From Pseudomonadota bacterium (GTDB lineage Bacteria; Desulfobacterota; RBG-13-43-22), in assembly GCA_043798385.1 (NCBI GenBank), contig JAZDOU010000036.1, positions 1 through 41,081 on the forward strand: 41,081 bases of DNA, read 5' to 3'. Under the pieces are notes generated by a model. It ran no database searches and was not told the origin of the DNA. It saw only the letters and a list, made by a program, of their open reading frames with translations. Of this stretch, positions 39,532 to 41,081 are shown piece after piece (within the stretch, counting starts at the first letter, position 1; each line of letters begins with the position of its first letter). Position numbers and translations under genes: made by a program.

Positions 39532-39560
39532 AGTATAGGACAAGAAAAAGGCCGGGTCAA
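39532..39560 (-). promoter_or_regulatory. sigma70-type promoter of purL-purQ
   Basis: On the - strand: TTGACC (39560-39555), a 17-nt spacer, then TATACT (39537-39532). Confidence 0.6.
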
Positions 39561-39606
39561 GGAGAAAGGAGGGGCGCTTTTTTAGGAACAGAACCATGGG
39601 TTTCTC

Positions 39607-39635
39607 TTGCTCCGGGAAAGGAAAAAGCCTATAAT
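39607..39635 (+). promoter_or_regulatory. sigma70-type promoter of the Zn-ADH gene
   Basis: TTGCTC (39607-39612), a 17-nt spacer, then a perfect TATAAT (39630-39635). Confidence 0.55.
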
Positions 39636-39671
39636 CGGGCAAAAAATAAGAAGGTAATAAGGACAAGGATT

Positions 39672-40700
39672 ATGCGTGTAGCCAGGTATTATACTAATAA
39701 AGATATCCGCCTCGAAGAGATGCCCAAACCGGCTATTGGTCCTGATGAGGTTTTGATCCAAATCGAGGCCAGCGGGATCTGCGGCAGTGATGTCATGGAA
39801 TGGTATCGGATCCACAAGGCCCCTTTGGTGCTGGGCCATGAGATCGCCGGGCAAATCGTTGAAGCCGGCGATCAAGTTAAAAAATATAAGCTTGGGGACC
39901 GAGTGGCCGCCTCCCATCATGTGCCCTGCAATACTTGTCATTATTGTCTGAGCGGCCATCAGACGGTTTGCGATACCCTGCGTTCGACCAATTTTTATCC
40001 CGGCGGATTTGCCGAATTCGTCCGTTTGCCTGCCATTAATGTCGACCGGGGGATTTATCTTTTACCCGCTGAAATGTCTTATGAAGCGGCCACCTTTATC
40101 GAACCTTTGGCTTGCGTCTTAAGGACTCAGCGTATCGCCGGGATTTCACCCGGCCAGACCGTTTTGGTTTTAGGTAGCGGCATCTCCGGCCTTCTTCATA
40201 TTCAGTTGGCCAGGGGCCTGGGGGCGGGGAAAATCATCGCTACGGATGTCAGTCCTTTCAGAATAAAGGCGGCCGATGAATTGGGGGCGGATACGGCCAT
40301 AAAAGCCCGGGATTTAACGCCCGAGGCCGTTCGTCAGGTCAATCAGGGACGGCTGGCCGACCAGGTCATCATCTGCACCGGTGCCCGGGAGGCCCAACTC
40401 CAGGCCTTGGCCCTGGTTGAACGGGGAGGAACTGTTTTGTTCTTCGCCCCCACGGATCAAGGGGTAACGATTCCTCTTTCCATAAACGACCTGTTTTTCA
40501 GAAACGATATCACCCTGACTACCTCTTATGCCGGCAGTCCGGCCGATCACTGGCGAGCCCTGCAATTGATTCAGGCCGGGGTATTGAATGTTCAAAGGAT
40601 GATCACCCATCGTTTTGGGCTGTCCGATACCGTCAAAGGATTCCAGTTGGTGGCCGGGGCCCAGGAATCCATCAAGGTGATTATCGAGCCGCAACGATAA
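39672..40700 (+). CDS. zinc-dependent medium-chain alcohol/polyol dehydrogenase (threonine or sorbitol dehydrogenase-like)
   Basis: I prefer the ATG at 39672 (AAGGACAAGGA RBS), which lies downstream of the predicted promoter. Motifs are GHEIAGQIVE, the structural-Zn CNTCHYCLSGHQTVC and GSGISGL. The track ORF from 39333 runs through the purL promoter and purL 5' end. Confidence 0.9.
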   Translation: MRVARYYTNKDIRLEEMPKPAIGPDEVLIQIEASGICGSDVMEWYRIHKAPLVLGHEIAGQIVEAGDQVKKYKLGDRVAASHHVPCNTCHYCLSGHQTVCDTLRSTNFYPGGFAEFVRLPAINVDRGIYLLPAEMSYEAATFIEPLACVLRTQRIAGISPGQTVLVLGSGISGLLHIQLARGLGAGKIIATDVSPFRIKAADELGADTAIKARDLTPEAVRQVNQGRLADQVIICTGAREAQLQALALVERGGTVLFFAPTDQGVTIPLSINDLFFRNDITLTTSYAGSPADHWRALQLIQAGVLNVQRMITHRFGLSDTVKGFQLVAGAQESIKVIIEPQR

Positions 40701-40731
40701 GTTGATAATAACCGTCTCGTTGTAGTATTGA

Positions 40732-40993
40732 GCAGGTGAGGCCGGGTTTTCTTCCGTCTGTGGCTTTCGGGCTGGTCTTTTCTTCGGACTTATCTACGGG
40801 GGATGCTTTGCCCCCTCCGCATTCTCGCCCGCTAAAAATCAGCGGACGAGTCCCGCCTGCGGCGGGATTTCCCCCGTTTATAAGTCCGAAACCGGGTACC
40901 GCCCCGTAGGGGTGGGTGTGAGCGACGTTTTTTTGGCGAACAAAAAGACAGCGCCCTTTCGCCAATGACTCCAGAAAACCCAGCCTCACCTGC
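40732..40993. mobile_element. 262-bp MITE-like, highly structured element with 20-bp terminal inverted repeats (19/20)
   Basis: GCAGGTGAGGCCGGGTTTTC (40732-40751) and GAAAACCCAGCCTCACCTGC (40974-40993). It contains a nested internal inverted repeat TTCGGACTTAT...ATAAGTCCGAA and several GC hairpins. Confidence 0.5.
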
Positions 40994-41081
40994 CGGGATC
41001 AAGTAATTATTAATATGAGCCGGTTAATAAGGTGCTTGAAACGGCTTTCCCCTGGTTTTTCCCCTTGACCCTACCTGGGGC

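Noticed and set aside
40732-41081. A retron msr/msd or other reverse-transcriptase-associated ncRNA, because of the flanking inverted repeats.
   Set aside because: No RT ORF follows. The only downstream ATG (41024) opens a reading frame of about 17 codons, and the window ends at 41081. A MITE-like or unknown structured element is the more conservative call.

Overview
Chromosomal window from an anaerobic acetyl-CoA-pathway bacterium. A Desulfobacterota-like origin is a guess from gene content and repeat types only. Layout: (1) SDR and amidohydrolase genes on the + strand. (2) A complete carbonyl-branch Wood-Ljungdahl cluster on the - strand, in the order acsV/RACo, cooC, 369-nt spacer, acsD, acsA/cooS, acsB, acsC, acsE. 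(3) A ~410-bp extremely AT-rich divergent region. (4) dnaN-gyrB-gyrA-gpsA and a lysine-repeat NlpC/P60 peptidase on the + strand, with no dnaA or recF. (5) Thiolase, class II aldolase, a small Cys-rich ORF and a PagL-like outer-membrane protein. (6) An acyl-CoA module: MaoC dehydratase, crotonase, FrdA/NadB-like flavoprotein, DUF5661-like gene and AMP-ligase. (7) tmk-holB, an AAA/DUF4143 ATPase, purL-purQ and a Zn-ADH. I saw no rRNA, tRNA, CRISPR array, transposase or integrase. I do not see a convincing novel multi-gene system; most of the window is core metabolism and replication. The most unusual items are: a ~200-aa Ala/Glu/Lys/Pro-rich C-terminal extension on AcsD; a 369-nt untranslated spacer splitting the acs operon; two TIR-flanked, highly structured MITE-like elements; several extragenic palindrome families; an unassigned structured intergenic RNA candidate; an orphan FrdA/NadB-like flavoprotein with an altered substrate motif inside the acyl-CoA cluster; near-identical promoters with a shared box upstream of tmk and purL; and an oriC-like AT-rich divergence point that lacks dnaA. 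All homology calls come from motif recognition by eye, not from searches.
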